From positions 3,747-67,746 of the forward strand of contig SZXZ01000007.1 of NCBI GenBank assembly GCA_005843835.1: DNA of 64,000 nt, in the 5' to 3' direction. Shown here one piece after another: positions 51,711 to 63,780 of this stretch. Positions within the stretch are counted from its first letter, which is position 1. Every line of letters begins with the position of its first letter. This DNA comes from Chlorobium sp. GTDB lineage: Bacteria; Bacteroidota; Chlorobiia; Chlorobiales; Chlorobiaceae. Below the pieces are notes generated by a model. It had not been told where the DNA came from. It searched no databases and worked only from the letters and a program-made list of their open reading frames with translations. The translations under genes and the position numbers were made by a program.

Positions 51711-54086
51711 GTGAAGAAAACCATCCTGCTGTTTCTTATCGTTTTTGCCGGATATTCGGTTCTGGCAATATTTTTGTTTTACCCGCTTGTTTTTCTGTCT
51801 AAAATTTTGGTTGCACCCGACAGTCTGATTCCTTTGGCGTCAACGATTGCTCTTGACCGGGTTCAAGAGGCAACCGGCACCTATCCACTCTGGCAACCTT
51901 GGATTTTTTCGGGAATGCCGACCGTAGAGGCTTTCAGCTATCTTAGTGGTCTCTATTTTCCAAACGCATTTTTTAGTCTCTTTCATGCCGATGGTATTTT
52001 TTTGCAGTTACTTCATCTGGTATTTGCAGGATTTGGATTATTTCTATTGTTGCGTGAGTATAGACTGAACGCGCTTTATGCGTTTTTCGGAGGGGCAGTT
52101 TTTATGCTGAATCCCTATATGACCGCCATGCTTGTTCATGGTCATGGAAGTCAGCTTATGACAGCGGCTTACATGCCCTGGATGCTCTGGTCTGCGCTGC
52201 GGCTCATACAGCGGCAAGGGTTGGCTGATGCCGGTATTCTTGCTCTAATTGCAGGGCTTCAGTTGCAACGGGCTCATGTTCAGATCGCTTACTACTCATG
52301 GATGCTTATGTTGCCTTTTATTCTGTTCCTGATTATTTCACGACGGTATTCGCTTAACCAAAACATTCGACTTTTGTTACTTCTGTTGGTTGCCTTGGCC
52401 TGTGGAATAGCCATGACAGCTGCAATTTATTTTCCAGCATTACAATATGCCGCTTATTCAGTAAGAGGAGCTGCTGACGGAGGAGGCGCATCATGGGAGT
52501 ATGCTACCCTTTGGTCAATGCATCCGCTGGAACTCCTGACCTTTCTTGTTCCGGGAATCTTTGGTTTTGGAGGTGTTACCTACTGGGGGTTTATGCCATT
52601 TACAGACTTTCCTCATTATGCAGGAATTGTCGTACTCTTTCTTGCCATTAGCGGCGCTGTCATAAGCAGGAAAAGCCCTTTAACCTGGTTTTTATCTGGC
52701 GGATTGCTGCTTTTCCTGCTTTTGTCGTTTGGAAGTTTTTTTAGCCCGGTATTTAATCTGTTTTACTACACAGCACCATTATTCAGCAAATTCAGGGTTC
52801 CCTCGATGGCGCTTATCATGGTTTACATGATTCTATCTTTTTTTGCGGCAATTGGACTGAACGAATTGCTGCAGTGTAAGGCGGATAAAATGAAAAAGAC
52901 TCTTCAAATAACAGCCATTCTTATTGCAGTGTTTGTTTTCCTGTTTACGATGTTTGAGCATGGAATTGAGGCGTTTTTTCGGGCACTTTTTCCCACGACT
53001 TCCGTTGAAAGCCTTGATATGGCCTTTATGGTCAATAAAGTGAGGTGGGATAACCTCAAAGAAAGTTTTCTTTTTGTTATTCTTGCGGTCGCTTTTTCAG
53101 TAGGGTTGCTCTTCTTATATATGAGAAACTTGCTTTCCAGGAAGGTATTGATTTCGGTGCTGATCCTTATATCACTAGCTGATATAATCTGGATAGATAT
53201 GCAGATAATTTATCCATCTGCCGACTCACTTCGCTCACCTGTTCTTGCCGATACCAAAACTGTGGATGGCGCCTTCCGCCATGATGACATTACACGTTAT
53301 CTAGCTTCAAGGAAAGGGTTGTTCAGGATATATCCCGCAGGGTCGCTGTTTATGGAAAACAAGTTTGCCCTTTTTGGGATTGAATCGGTAGGAGGATACC
53401 ATCCAGCTAAATTAAAGTTGTATGAAGAATTTCTTGCAAAAACTGAAAACCTGGCGAGTCTTAATATTTTGAGAATGCTTAATGTTGTTTACATCATAAG
53501 TTCTGAACCTATGGTACATCCGGCACTGGAGTTGGTTAAAACCGGTTCGTTCCATGTGGTAAACGGCGCACAAAATGCGTATGTCTATACGCTTCAGGGA
53601 TCAGCTCCTAGGGCATGGTTCGCAGGTCGTGTTACAGCACTGAAGAGTGATGAAGCATTGTTTGCAAAGCTTATTGATGAGCATGCAACTTTGGATGAGG
53701 CTTATATTGATAGCTCTCAATGGACAGGAACCCGGACATTTGCAGCAGGGAAGGTTTCATCGATTGAAAAAACCCCAGAATCGATGCTGCTAAAGGTTTC
53801 AGCTCAAGACGAAGCATTTCTGGTGGTCAGTGAAATCTTTTATCCTCTTCGCTGGAAAGTAACGATAGACGGGAAGCGCGCTTTGTCGATAAAAGTAAAT
53901 GGAATGCTGCGTGGTGTCATCATCCCCAAAGGTAGCAGGGAAGTTAGTTTTATCTATGACCGGAACGGATTTGAAAACGGTCGCATACTATCATTTAGTG
54001 CGTTTTCATTAGCGCTGTTGATGATAGTGGGCGGTAAGGTTACTATGCTCTTTCAGAGAAACCGTCCAATACCAAAAAAGGTGTAA
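51711..54086 (+). CDS. YfhO-family polytopic membrane protein (GT-C-like)
   Basis: PLWQPWIFSGMP, many TM helices, SKFRVP, GGYHPAKL, C-terminal SEIFYP.RWKVTIDG...VNGMLRGV.IPKG. Confidence 0.85.
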   Translation: MKKTILLFLIVFAGYSVLAIFLFYPLVFLSKILVAPDSLIPLASTIALDRVQEATGTYPLWQPWIFSGMPTVEAFSYLSGLYFPNAFFSLFHADGIFLQLLHLVFAGFGLFLLLREYRLNALYAFFGGAVFMLNPYMTAMLVHGHGSQLMTAAYMPWMLWSALRLIQRQGLADAGILALIAGLQLQRAHVQIAYYSWMLMLPFILFLIISRRYSLNQNIRLLLLLLVALACGIAMTAAIYFPALQYAAYSVRGAADGGGASWEYATLWSMHPLELLTFLVPGIFGFGGVTYWGFMPFTDFPHYAGIVVLFLAISGAVISRKSPLTWFLSGGLLLFLLLSFGSFFSPVFNLFYYTAPLFSKFRVPSMALIMVYMILSFFAAIGLNELLQCKADKMKKTLQITAILIAVFVFLFTMFEHGIEAFFRALFPTTSVESLDMAFMVNKVRWDNLKESFLFVILAVAFSVGLLFLYMRNLLSRKVLISVLILISLADIIWIDMQIIYPSADSLRSPVLADTKTVDGAFRHDDITRYLASRKGLFRIYPAGSLFMENKFALFGIESVGGYHPAKLKLYEEFLAKTENLASLNILRMLNVVYIISSEPMVHPALELVKTGSFHVVNGAQNAYVYTLQGSAPRAWFAGRVTALKSDEALFAKLIDEHATLDEAYIDSSQWTGTRTFAAGKVSSIEKTPESMLLKVSAQDEAFLVVSEIFYPLRWKVTIDGKRALSIKVNGMLRGVIIPKGSREVSFIYDRNGFENGRILSFSAFSLALLMIVGGKVTMLFQRNRPIPKKV

Positions 54087-54349
54087 GAATACAACATGAG
54101 TGATATTGTCTGCGGCGGTCTGCATGTTTGCCCTTTTAAACTAACAGCCCTTATTATAGGCGGTTTCGGGTGTTTTATAACCAAAGTACCATGGAAATGG
54201 AGTTAAGAGATTGTTTTTTCTCAAGAGAACAAAAATGATGATTTAGGTTTTGTTTTTTTTTATAATTCTCTTACATTGACTGTCCTTATGGATTTTTAGG
54301 ATTGCGTTTTTTGTAATCAGAGGTTTTTAAATAGAAAGAGAGTTTCAGT

Positions 54350-54757
54350 ATGCCGACGATTCAGCAGCTCATCAGGCTCGGAAGAAGTGTAAAAGCATCA
54401 AAAACAGCGTCACCGGCGCTTGATAAGTGTCCGCAAAAGCGCGGGGTTTGTACTCGTGTTTACACGACTACACCAAAAAAACCAAACTCAGCGTTACGGA
54501 AAGTTGCGCGTGTAAGGTTGTCCAATAAGATTGAGGTTACAGCGTATATCCCTGGAGAGGGTCATAACCTGCAGGAGCATTCAATCGTTTTGATTAGAGG
54601 CGGCAGGGTAAAGGATCTTCCTGGTGTTCGTTATCATATCGTGCGCGGTTCGCTGGATACGTCCGGTGTTGCCGATCGTAAGCAGAGTCGATCCAAGTAT
54701 GGGGCCAAGCAGCCGAAAGCTGGTGCAGCTGCTCCTGTCAAGGGTAAAGGCAGATAG
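54350..54757 (+). CDS. rpsL: 30S ribosomal protein uS12
   Basis: [30 protein letters not shown]. Confidence 0.99.
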   Translation: MPTIQQLIRLGRSVKASKTASPALDKCPQKRGVCTRVYTTTPKKPNSALRKVARVRLSNKIEVTAYIPGEGHNLQEHSIVLIRGGRVKDLPGVRYHIVRGSLDTSGVADRKQSRSKYGAKQPKAGAAAPVKGKGR

Positions 54758-54783
54758 GTCCAATCATAAATTCATAGAAGAAT

Positions 54784-55251
54784 ATGCCGAAAAAAGGTGG
54801 CTATAAGAGGATAGGTGTTGATTTTCGTTACGGGGATGAAAGTGTTGCCCGTTTTATCAATGCTGTAATGCTTGATGGTAAAAAAGCAGTGGCGACAAAG
54901 ATTGTTTATGATGCTTTTGCTATTATTGCCGAAAAAATGACTGGTGAGGATCCTTTAGAGGTGTATCGCAAGGCTATGTCGCACATTGCGCCGGTCGTTG
55001 AGGTTCGCAGTAAGAGGGTTGGTGGTGCTACGTATCAGATACCTATGGAGGTTAAAGCTTCAAGAAGAGGTGCGTTGGCATTTCGCTGGCTTAAAATGTA
55101 TGCCGCAAAGCGCGGCGGCAAATCAATGGCAGAAAAGCTTGCTGCTGAATTGATGGATGCTGCAAACGAGCAGGGTGCATCTGTGAAAAAACGTGATGAG
55201 GTTCATAGAATGGCTGATGCCAATAAGGCATTTGCTCATTTCAGATTCTAA
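54784..55251 (+). CDS. rpsG: 30S ribosomal protein uS7
   Basis: [30 protein letters not shown]. Confidence 0.99.
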   Translation: MPKKGGYKRIGVDFRYGDESVARFINAVMLDGKKAVATKIVYDAFAIIAEKMTGEDPLEVYRKAMSHIAPVVEVRSKRVGGATYQIPMEVKASRRGALAFRWLKMYAAKRGGKSMAEKLAAELMDAANEQGASVKKRDEVHRMADANKAFAHFRF

Positions 55252-55282
55252 GTTGTTGGTATAAAAGGACAAAAATATTGTT

Positions 55283-57397
55283 ATGGCACGGCTGGTTGAT
55301 TTAGATAAAGTACGCAACATTGGTATCATGGCTCACATTGATGCCGGAAAAACGACAACAACAGAGAGGATTCTCTATTACACAGGTCGTTTGCATCGTA
55401 TGGGTGAAGTGCACGAAGGTGGCGCGACAATGGACTGGATGGATCAGGAAAAAGAGCGTGGTATTACAATTACTTCAGCGGCTACAACTTGTTTTTGGTC
55501 TCCAAAGTTTGGAAACTATACAGGTATTAATCACAGAATTAATATAATCGACACGCCTGGTCACGTTGACTTTACTGTTGAGGTTGAGCGTTCACTGCGT
55601 GTCCTTGATGGTGCTGTAGCGCTTTTTTGTGCTGTTGGTGGAGTTGAGCCGCAGTCAGAGACGGTCTGGCGTCAGGCTAATAAATATGGTGTACCGAGGA
55701 TTGCCTACGTCAACAAGATGGATAGGACAGGCGCTAACTTTTTCGATACGGTAAAAGCTATAAAAGAGAGGCTTTCAGCCAATCCGGTTCCTCTGCAGAT
55801 ACCGATTGGTGAAGGCGAGATTTTTGCTGGTTTCGTCGATCTTATCAGAATGAAAGGAATCATTTATGATAAAGAAGACGGTAGCACCTATAACGAGGTA
55901 GAGATTCCTCATGACTTGCAGAATGAGGCAAGAACATGGCGCATTAATATGCTTGAAGCTGTATCCGAGCATAATGATACTCTTCTTGAAAAGTATTTGA
56001 ATGGCGAGGAGATTACAGAAGAAGAAATTAGAAATGTTTTACGCCAGGCAACACTGAAAGTCACCATTATTCCGGTGCTTTGCGGGTCATCCTTCAAAAA
56101 CAAGGGTGTGCAGTTTATGCTTGATGCAGTCGTGGAATACCTTGCTTCACCTGTTGATGTCGGTGCTGTTGAGGGTCATCATCCGCGAACTGAGGAGTCA
56201 ATAAGTCGCGAACCTAAAGATGAGGAGCCATTTGCTGCTCTTGCTTTTAAGATTGCCACCGATCCATTCGTAGGCAAGCTCACATTTTTCAGGGTTTATT
56301 CCGGTTTTCTAAAAGCTGGCAGTTATGTGCTTAATACCATGACTGGCAAAAAAGAGAGAATTGGTCGTGTGCTTCAGATGCATTCAAATAAGAGAGAGGA
56401 TATAGATTGCGTTTATTGTGGCGACATTGCAGCTGCAGTAGGATTAAAGGATGTCAGGACTGGTGATACCCTTTGTGATGAAAATAATCCGGTGGTTCTT
56501 GAAAAGATGATTTTCCCTGAACCGGTTATAGAAATTGCAATTGAGCCTAAAACTAAGGCCGATTCGGACAAGCTTGGAATGTCTCTCGCAAAGCTTGCGG
56601 AAGAGGACCCTACATTTAAAGTTAAAACTGATGATGAGACTGGTCAGACCTTGATTGCCGGTATGGGTGAACTGCATCTTGAGATTCTTGTTGACAGGCT
56701 TAAGAGAGAGTTTAAAGTTGAGGCAAACGTTGGTCAGCCACAGGTAGCTTACCGTGAGACCATCAGAAAATCAGTTGACTTCGAAGGTAAATTTGTTCGT
56801 CAGTCAGGTGGTAAAGGTCAGTTCGGTCTGGTTAATATTAATGTCGAGCCGCTTGAGGAAGGAAAGGGATACGAATTTGTTGATGCAGTAAAGGGCGGTG
56901 TAATACCTCGAGAATATATTCCTGCGGTAAACGCTGGTGTGCAGCAGGCCATGAAGAGTGGAGTAGTTGCTGGTTATCCTATGCAGGATATACGGGTTAC
57001 CTTGTTTGATGGTAAGTATCATGAGGTTGACTCCTCTGAAATGGCTTTCAAGATAGCAGGTTCCATCGGTTTCAAGGGTGCAGCCAAAAAAGCTGATCCA
57101 GTTTTGCTTGAGCCGATAATGAAAGTAGAAGTCATAACTCCTGAGGAGTATCTTGGTGACGTTATGGGTGATCTATCAAGTCGTCGTGGTCATATTGAAG
57201 GTATGGGTCAGAGAGCCGGAGCTCAGTTTGTTCATGCAAAGGTTCCACTTTCAGCAATGTTCGGGTACTCAACTGATCTGCGGTCGATGAGTCAGGGCAG
57301 AGCTAATTATTCGATGGAGTTTGAATGTTATCGCGAAGTTCCTCGCAACATCGCGGAAGCTTTGCAGGAGAAAAGGGTAAGCAAGGATTCAGACTAG
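55283..57397 (+). CDS. fusA: Elongation factor G
   Basis: [34 protein letters not shown]. Confidence 0.99.
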   Translation: MARLVDLDKVRNIGIMAHIDAGKTTTTERILYYTGRLHRMGEVHEGGATMDWMDQEKERGITITSAATTCFWSPKFGNYTGINHRINIIDTPGHVDFTVEVERSLRVLDGAVALFCAVGGVEPQSETVWRQANKYGVPRIAYVNKMDRTGANFFDTVKAIKERLSANPVPLQIPIGEGEIFAGFVDLIRMKGIIYDKEDGSTYNEVEIPHDLQNEARTWRINMLEAVSEHNDTLLEKYLNGEEITEEEIRNVLRQATLKVTIIPVLCGSSFKNKGVQFMLDAVVEYLASPVDVGAVEGHHPRTEESISREPKDEEPFAALAFKIATDPFVGKLTFFRVYSGFLKAGSYVLNTMTGKKERIGRVLQMHSNKREDIDCVYCGDIAAAVGLKDVRTGDTLCDENNPVVLEKMIFPEPVIEIAIEPKTKADSDKLGMSLAKLAEEDPTFKVKTDDETGQTLIAGMGELHLEILVDRLKREFKVEANVGQPQVAYRETIRKSVDFEGKFVRQSGGKGQFGLVNINVEPLEEGKGYEFVDAVKGGVIPREYIPAVNAGVQQAMKSGVVAGYPMQDIRVTLFDGKYHEVDSSEMAFKIAGSIGFKGAAKKADPVLLEPIMKVEVITPEEYLGDVMGDLSSRRGHIEGMGQRAGAQFVHAKVPLSAMFGYSTDLRSMSQGRANYSMEFECYREVPRNIAEALQEKRVSKDSD

Positions 57398-57462
57398 GCA
57401 AACAGGCAGACTATCAGTTTTTACTACTACAAACAATAAAGATAACCGTACGGAGATAAGTT

Positions 57463-58644
57463 ATGGCAAAAGAGTCCTACAAAAGGGATAAACCCCACGT
57501 AAATATAGGTACCATAGGTCACGTTGATCATGGTAAGACAACCTTGACTGCTGCAATTACTTCGGTTCTTGCTAAGCAAGGTCTTGCAACGCAGCGTGAC
57601 TTTGGAAGTATCGATAAGGCTCCAGAAGAGAGAGAACGCGGTATTACCATTTCAACTGCACACGTTGAATACCAGACAAAAAAGCGCCACTACGCGCATA
57701 TCGACTGTCCAGGTCACGCTGACTACATTAAAAACATGATTACAGGTGCTGCCCAGATGGATGGTGCTATTCTTGTTGTAGCCGGTACTGATGGACCTAT
57801 GCCACAGACACGTGAGCACATTTTGCTTGCACGTCAGGTTAACGTTCCATCGCTTGTTGTATTTCTGAACAAGGTTGATATTGCTGATCCAGAACTTATC
57901 GAGCTTGTTGAGCTTGAGCTTAGAGAGCTTTTGAGTCAATATGATTTCCCTGGTGATGATATTCCGATCATTAAGGGTTCTGCTTTAAAGGCTCTTGAAG
58001 GAGATCCAGAGGCAGAAAAATCAATTATCGAGCTTATGAATGCAGTTGATGATTTCATTCCTGAGCCTGTACGTGACGTAGACAAGCCTTTTTTGATGCC
58101 TGTTGAAGATGTGTTCTCTATTTCCGGTCGTGGTACTGTTGGAACTGGAAGAATTGAAAGAGGTCGTATCAAGATCAACGAAGAAGTTGAAATCGTTGGT
58201 ATTAAACCGACTCGTAAATCAGTAGTTACCGGTATCGAAATGTTCCAGAAACTTCTTGATGAAGGTCAGGCTGGTGATAACGCAGGTCTTCTTCTCAGAG
58301 GTGTTGATAAAACAGAACTAGAGCGTGGAATGGTTATTGCCAAACCGGGAACAATCAAGCCGCACACCAAGTTCAATGCTCAGGTCTATATTCTTAAAAA
58401 GGAAGAAGGTGGACGTCATACTCCGTTCTTTAACGGCTATCGTCCTCAGTTTTACTTCCGTACAACAGATGTAACAGGATCTGTAACATTGCCTGAAGGT
58501 GTCGAAATGGTTATGCCAGGCGACAACCTGGGTGTGGATGTTGAGTTACTTGCACCTATTGCAATGGATGAAGGTCTGCGTTTCGCAATTCGTGAGGGCG
58601 GTCGTACCGTCGGTGCGGGTTCTGTAACCAAGATCATCGAATAA
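57463..58644 (+). CDS. tuf: Elongation factor Tu
   Basis: [31 protein letters not shown]. Confidence 0.99.
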   Translation: MAKESYKRDKPHVNIGTIGHVDHGKTTLTAAITSVLAKQGLATQRDFGSIDKAPEERERGITISTAHVEYQTKKRHYAHIDCPGHADYIKNMITGAAQMDGAILVVAGTDGPMPQTREHILLARQVNVPSLVVFLNKVDIADPELIELVELELRELLSQYDFPGDDIPIIKGSALKALEGDPEAEKSIIELMNAVDDFIPEPVRDVDKPFLMPVEDVFSISGRGTVGTGRIERGRIKINEEVEIVGIKPTRKSVVTGIEMFQKLLDEGQAGDNAGLLLRGVDKTELERGMVIAKPGTIKPHTKFNAQVYILKKEEGGRHTPFFNGYRPQFYFRTTDVTGSVTLPEGVEMVMPGDNLGVDVELLAPIAMDEGLRFAIREGGRTVGAGSVTKIIE

Positions 58645-58662
58645 GAAATTGTATGGCGTCCC

Positions 58663-58699
58663 GGGACGGGGCATTAAAAACCCGTCCCATTTTTTATTG
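58663..58699 (+). terminator. Terminator-like hairpin between tuf and rpsJ
   Basis: GGGACGGG-loop-CCCGTCCC followed by ATTTTTTATT. Confidence 0.75.
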
Positions 58700-58722
58700 A
58701 TAACACGAAAAAGGGTTGACAA

Positions 58723-59034
58723 GTGGCTGTACAGCAAAAGATAAGAATCAAGCTCAAGTCTTACGACCATAGTCTGGTTGATAAGTGGGCTTTAAGGATT
58801 ATTGATGTCGTCAAGCAGACGGATGCGATCATCTTTGGTCCAATACCGCTGCCTACAAAGTCACATGTGTATACCGTAAACCGGTCTCCACATGTTGATA
58901 AGAAATCTCGTGAGCAGTTTTCGTTTTCCTCTCATAAGAGGTTAATCGAAATTATAAACCCGACATCAAGAACCATTGATATGCTCATGAAGTTAGAGCT
59001 GCCTAGTGGTGTTGATGTTGAAATTAAGTCTTAA
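58723..59034 (+). CDS. rpsJ: 30S ribosomal protein uS10
   Basis: [30 protein letters not shown]. Confidence 0.99.
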   Translation: MAVQQKIRIKLKSYDHSLVDKWALRIIDVVKQTDAIIFGPIPLPTKSHVYTVNRSPHVDKKSREQFSFSSHKRLIEIINPTSRTIDMLMKLELPSGVDVEIKS

Positions 59035-59058
59035 AGAATTAGAATAGAGATAACTCCT

Positions 59059-59688
59059 ATGGGTGCGATTCTTGGAAAGAAAATCGGCATGACCCGTTTA
59101 TTTAATGATAAACGCGAAGCAGTATCCTGCACGATTATCCAGGCAGGTCCATGCTTTGTGACACAGGTTAAAAGCGTTGATAAAGACGGTTACGATGCTT
59201 ATCAGGTTGGTATTGGTGAAAGAAAGGAAAAAAAGGTAAGCAAACCTTTACAGGGTCATTATAAAAAGGCAGGAGTAGCACCGGGCTTTAAATTGGCTGA
59301 GTTCGATTTTACTGAACTCAATCAAGACCTTCAGTTAGGCAGTTCTGTAAGCGTTGAGTCGTTTAAAGAAGGGGAGAAAGTCAATGTTCTCGGTGTTTCT
59401 AAAGGTAAAGGTTTTGCCGGTGTCATGAAACGTCACAATTTCAGTGGCGGTCAAAGAACACATGGCCAGTCTGACCGACAGAGAGCACCAGGATCCGTAG
59501 GTGGTTCATCTGATCCATCGAGAGTTTTCAAGGGAACCAGAATGGCAGGACGCATGGGATCTGATAATATTACAGTCAGGAATCTGGAGATATTCAAGAT
59601 TATGCCGGAATCAAATCTTATTGTTATAAAGGGATCTGTGCCGGGGCCAAGAAATTCCTATGTAAAGATTGTTTCTACAAAAAAGTAA
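59059..59688 (+). CDS. rplC: 50S ribosomal protein uL3
   Basis: [26 protein letters not shown]. Confidence 0.99.
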   Translation: MGAILGKKIGMTRLFNDKREAVSCTIIQAGPCFVTQVKSVDKDGYDAYQVGIGERKEKKVSKPLQGHYKKAGVAPGFKLAEFDFTELNQDLQLGSSVSVESFKEGEKVNVLGVSKGKGFAGVMKRHNFSGGQRTHGQSDRQRAPGSVGGSSDPSRVFKGTRMAGRMGSDNITVRNLEIFKIMPESNLIVIKGSVPGPRNSYVKIVSTKK

Positions 59689-59706
59689 AGCTGAATGCAC
59701 GAAGCT

Positions 59707-60333
59707 ATGGAACTTAAAGTCTTAAATACCGGCGGCACTGAAACCGGGGAAGTAGTCACGCTCCGTGATGATATATTCGGCGCTGAAATATCAGAACATG
59801 CGATGTATCTCGATGTAAAGTCGATTCTTGCGCATAAAAGACAAGGAACTCACAAGTCGAAAACGCGTGGTGAGGTTAGAGGTGGAGGCAGAAAGCCATT
59901 GCGTCAGAAAGGTACAGGTAATGCACGTCAGGGCTCCAGTCGTTCACCACTCAATATAGGTGGTGGAACAATATTCGGCCCGACTCCTCATGCATACGAC
60001 CAGAAAGTTAACAAGAAGGTAAAACTACTGGCAAGAAGGTCCGCTTTGAGCTCAAAAGCAAAAGCCGGTCAAATTCTTGTTGTTGAAGATTTCAGGTTTG
60101 AACAGATAAAGACAAAACCATTTGCCGATATTTTGAAAAACCTTGGTCTTTCACAGAAAAAAACCTTGATGCTGACACCTGAGTATGATATGATCATAGC
60201 AAGATCGGGTAGAAATATTGAGGTGCTTAATATTATGACCGCCGATAAGGCATCAACGTACGATATTCTCCAAAGCCATACGGTACTTGTTCAGAAGACC
60301 GCGTTGAAAACAATTGAAGATACATTAGGGTAA
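59707..60333 (+). CDS. rplD: 50S ribosomal protein uL4
   Basis: [32 protein letters not shown]. Confidence 0.98.
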   Translation: MELKVLNTGGTETGEVVTLRDDIFGAEISEHAMYLDVKSILAHKRQGTHKSKTRGEVRGGGRKPLRQKGTGNARQGSSRSPLNIGGGTIFGPTPHAYDQKVNKKVKLLARRSALSSKAKAGQILVVEDFRFEQIKTKPFADILKNLGLSQKKTLMLTPEYDMIIARSGRNIEVLNIMTADKASTYDILQSHTVLVQKTALKTIEDTLG

Positions 60334-60364
60334 CTGCAGTTTTCCAGAAAAAGGAGTTAATGAG

Positions 60365-60676
60365 ATGAAAAACCCGTTGTTGCGCCCTTGGTTGACAGAA
60401 AAAAGTACCGGGCTGACAGAGAAAAAAGGACAGTATGTCTTCATCGTAAAACCAGATGCAGACAAGACTGATATAAAGAAAGCAGTAGAGAAAAAATTTG
60501 GTGTTGAAGTAAAGTCGATTCGCACAGTAAACTGTCTCGGTAAATCACGTAGCCAGAATACAAGAAAGGGGTTGGTAACTGGTAAAAAGAGTGACTGGAA
60601 AAAGGCTATAATCACTCTTGAAAAAGATCAGTCAATAGATTATTACTCAGGTTCAGCCCAGCAGAGCGAAGGATAG
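60365..60676 (+). CDS. rplW: 50S ribosomal protein uL23
   Basis: [25 protein letters not shown]. Confidence 0.98.
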   Translation: MKNPLLRPWLTEKSTGLTEKKGQYVFIVKPDADKTDIKKAVEKKFGVEVKSIRTVNCLGKSRSQNTRKGLVTGKKSDWKKAIITLEKDQSIDYYSGSAQQSEG

Positions 60677-60707
60677 AAATCATAAAAAGGATAGATCATA
60701 CATTCAA

Positions 60708-61547
60708 ATGGCTATAAGGAAATTAGCGCCGGTAACGCCAGGGTCGAGATTCATGTCATACCCTGCATTCGATGAAATCACGAAAAGCACACCTGAGAAA
60801 GGGTTGCTTGTTTCACTAAAAAAATCGGGTGGTCGCAACAGTGCAGGAAGGAAAACTTCAAGGCATAGAGGAGGCGGACATAAGAGGCATTACAGGATTA
60901 TCGACTTTAAACGCAACAAGGATGGAGTCCCGGCTACAGTTGCTGCTATTGAGTATGATCCAAATCGTTCATCAAGAATTGCATTATTGCATTATAATGA
61001 TGGAGAAAAACGTTATATTCTCGCCCCGAAAGGTTTAAATGTTGGTGATAAGGTAGAGAGCGGTGACAAGGTGGAAATAAAGACCGGCAATACCATGCCG
61101 CTGAAAAACATACCGCTAGGCACTGATATTCATAATATCGAGATGAAAGCCGGAAAGGGTGGTCAGATAGTAAGATCAGCTGGAGGTTTTGCAGTACTTG
61201 CGGCACGTGAAGGTGATTATGTTACACTCAAGCTACCTTCAGGTGAAATACGCAAACTAAGAGTGGAATGTCGTGCTACAATAGGTGTTGTAGGCAATAC
61301 CGATCACGAAAATGTTGTCCTTGGTAAAGCAGGAAGAAGTCGCTGGCTTGGTATTCGTCCTCAGACAAGAGGTATGGCGATGAACCCTGTCGATCACCCG
61401 ATGGGCGGTGGTGAAGGTAAGTCGAAATCAGGCGGTGGAAGAAAGCATCCTATGTCACCATGGGGTCAGCTCGCAAAGGGTCTGAAGACGAGAAACAAGA
61501 AAAAGGCTTCACAAAAATTGATTGTACGTGGCAGAAACGCCAAATAA
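60708..61547 (+). CDS. rplB: 50S ribosomal protein uL2
   Basis: [29 protein letters not shown]. Confidence 0.99.
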   Translation: MAIRKLAPVTPGSRFMSYPAFDEITKSTPEKGLLVSLKKSGGRNSAGRKTSRHRGGGHKRHYRIIDFKRNKDGVPATVAAIEYDPNRSSRIALLHYNDGEKRYILAPKGLNVGDKVESGDKVEIKTGNTMPLKNIPLGTDIHNIEMKAGKGGQIVRSAGGFAVLAAREGDYVTLKLPSGEIRKLRVECRATIGVVGNTDHENVVLGKAGRSRWLGIRPQTRGMAMNPVDHPMGGGEGKSKSGGGRKHPMSPWGQLAKGLKTRNKKKASQKLIVRGRNAK

Positions 61548-61580
61548 CTATAGCGGTTAACAACAACAAGCAGAGAAATT

Positions 61581-61880
61581 ATGCCAAGATCACTTAAAAA
61601 GGGACCGTTCATTGATATAAAACTGGAAAAGCGGATCCTTGATATGAATGCAAACGGTGAAAAAAAGGTTATCAAGACCTGGTCCAGAAGTTCAATGATT
61701 TCCCCTGATTTTGTCGGTCATACAGTCGCTGTACATAATGGCAAAAGTCATGTACCGGTTTATGTAGGTGATAATATGGTAGGTCACAAGCTTGGAGAAT
61801 TTGCCCCGACGAGATCGTTTCGCAGCCATGCTGGTGGTGGAAAGGCCGAAAAAGGTGGATCAGCACCAAGAAAAAAATAA
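61581..61880 (+). CDS. rpsS: 30S ribosomal protein uS19
   Basis: [19 protein letters not shown]. Confidence 0.99.
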   Translation: MPRSLKKGPFIDIKLEKRILDMNANGEKKVIKTWSRSSMISPDFVGHTVAVHNGKSHVPVYVGDNMVGHKLGEFAPTRSFRSHAGGGKAEKGGSAPRKK

Positions 61881-61910
61881 ATTGAAAAACGCGAAAGGGT
61901 AAAGGATATC

Positions 61911-62270
61911 ATGCAAGCTAAAGCAATATTAAGGGATACGCCAACTTCGCCAAGAAAAATGCGTCTTGTGGCAGGCCTGGTTCGAGGTAAGCAGGTTGAT
62001 CTGGCAAAGGCAATTCTTCTTAATTCAACGAAAGCGGCCTCAAGGAATGTTATGATGACGCTAAAATCAGCAGTTGCAAATTATGCACAGCTGAATCCTG
62101 ATGAAAGGGTTAGTGACCAGGAACTTTTCGTCAAGACTATTTTTGTTGACGAAGGAACAACATTGAAAAGAACGCTTCCGGCCCCTATGGGACGAGCATT
62201 CAGGATTCGTAAAAGATCGAATCATCTGACAATTGTCATTGATAAGGTTCAAAATCCAGTAACAAAATAA
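61911..62270 (+). CDS. rplV: 50S ribosomal protein uL22
   Basis: [29 protein letters not shown]. Confidence 0.98.
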   Translation: MQAKAILRDTPTSPRKMRLVAGLVRGKQVDLAKAILLNSTKAASRNVMMTLKSAVANYAQLNPDERVSDQELFVKTIFVDEGTTLKRTLPAPMGRAFRIRKRSNHLTIVIDKVQNPVTK

Positions 62271-62285
62271 AACAAGGAGAGCGCA

Positions 62286-63047
62286 TTGGGTCAGAAAGTT
62301 AATCCTACTGGATTCAGGCTTGGAATTATCAGAGACTGGGCTTCACGTTGGTATGATGACAGTCCGGTTATTTCGGAAAAAATTAAGCAGGATCACGTAA
62401 TACGTACCTACGTTCTTGCACGGTTAAAAAAAGAGAGAGCTGGTATAGCACGTATAATTATTGAGAGAACGACAAAACATGTCAAGATCAATATCTATGC
62501 TGCACGACCAGGAGCCGTTGTCGGAAGAAAAGGAGAGGAAATCAACAATCTTTCACAAGAGCTTAGTCGTATCACAGGAAAAGAAGTTAAAATAGATGTT
62601 GTTGAAGTAGTAAAACCTGAAATCGAAGCACAGTTGATTGGCGATAATATTGCCTACCAGCTTGAAAACCGTGTTTCCTTCAGAAGAGCTATGAAGCAGG
62701 CGATTCAGCAGGCTATGCGCTCTGGTGCAGAAGGTGTCAGGATCAAGTGCGGCGGTCGTCTTGGCGGAGCAGAAATTGCACGCTCAGAACAATATAAAGA
62801 AGGTAAGATACCGCTTCACACCATAAGAGCTAATGTCGATTATGCGAGCTGCACTGCCCATACCATTGCCGGAACAATTGGAATAAAAGTTTGGGTCTAC
62901 AAGGGAGAGGTTCTTGTTCAGCGGATTGATGCAATTGAAGAGGATGAACTTAAGAGAATCAAGGAAAGACGCAGTGACTCAGGTCCAAGAGGTCGGGATA
63001 ATCGTGATGCACGTTCAAAACGTCGTCAGCGAACAAAACGATCATAA
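62286..63047 (+). CDS. rpsC: 30S ribosomal protein uS3 (TTG start)
   Basis: [27 protein letters not shown]. Confidence 0.99.
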   Translation: MGQKVNPTGFRLGIIRDWASRWYDDSPVISEKIKQDHVIRTYVLARLKKERAGIARIIIERTTKHVKINIYAARPGAVVGRKGEEINNLSQELSRITGKEVKIDVVEVVKPEIEAQLIGDNIAYQLENRVSFRRAMKQAIQQAMRSGAEGVRIKCGGRLGGAEIARSEQYKEGKIPLHTIRANVDYASCTAHTIAGTIGIKVWVYKGEVLVQRIDAIEEDELKRIKERRSDSGPRGRDNRDARSKRRQRTKRS

Positions 63048-63089
63048 TAACAAGTACCATACAATAAGAAAAAGAATGGAGTTGCCTGT

Positions 63090-63509
63090 ATGTTAATGCC
63101 AAAGAGAGTTCAATATAGAAAGACACAAAGAGGCCGCATGAAAGGCAATGCAGGACGTGGTACTGATGTTTCTTTTGGTTCTTTCGGTTTGAAAGCAATC
63201 GAAGGGGCATGGATCACTGCCCGTCAGATTGAGGCTGCACGTGTTGCAATGACCCGGTTTATGAAAAGAGATGGAAAAATCTGGATCAGAATATTTCCGG
63301 ATAAACCGGTCACCAAAAAGCCAGCAGAAACACGAATGGGATCTGGTAAGGGATCTCCCGAGTTTTGGGTGGCAGTTGTTAAGCCCGGAAGAGTTATGTT
63401 CGAGGCTGATGGTATTCCAAAAGAAGTTGCTACAGAGGCTTTCCGCTTGGCAGCTAAGAAATTACCGATCAAGACCAAGTTCATTGTTCGTCCTGATTAC
63501 GAAGATTAA
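63090..63509 (+). CDS. rplP: 50S ribosomal protein uL16
   Basis: [22 protein letters not shown]. Confidence 0.99.
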   Translation: MLMPKRVQYRKTQRGRMKGNAGRGTDVSFGSFGLKAIEGAWITARQIEAARVAMTRFMKRDGKIWIRIFPDKPVTKKPAETRMGSGKGSPEFWVAVVKPGRVMFEADGIPKEVATEAFRLAAKKLPIKTKFIVRPDYED

Positions 63510-63542
63510 AGCGCAAATAATTCGACAAGAGGGTTACTTATT

Positions 63543-63749
63543 ATGAAAAAGTATGAAATTGCGGCACTGGGCAAACAGGAATTGATCGACAGGCTCAAAG
63601 AGCTTGAAGATAGGCTTGCCGATATCAATTTTTTTAAGGTTATTGAGCAGCCGCAGAATCCTATGGTTTTTCGCAATTCAAAACGGGATATTGCGCGCAT
63701 GAAAAACCGGCTTCATCAACTTGCGACTGCCGAGTCAAGCCAGGCTTGA
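63543..63749 (+). CDS. rpmC: 50S ribosomal protein uL29
   Basis: NP...R..KRDIAR motif; operon position. Confidence 0.95.
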   Translation: MKKYEIAALGKQELIDRLKELEDRLADINFFKVIEQPQNPMVFRNSKRDIARMKNRLHQLATAESSQA

Positions 63750-63780
63750 GGGTAGGCAAACTTAAAAACCGTTTATTTAC

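Noticed and set aside
54096-54206. 36-aa Cys-containing ORF (MSDIVCGGLHVCPF...) upstream of rpsL
   Set aside because: No clear RBS or family resemblance; it lies in the probable str promoter region.
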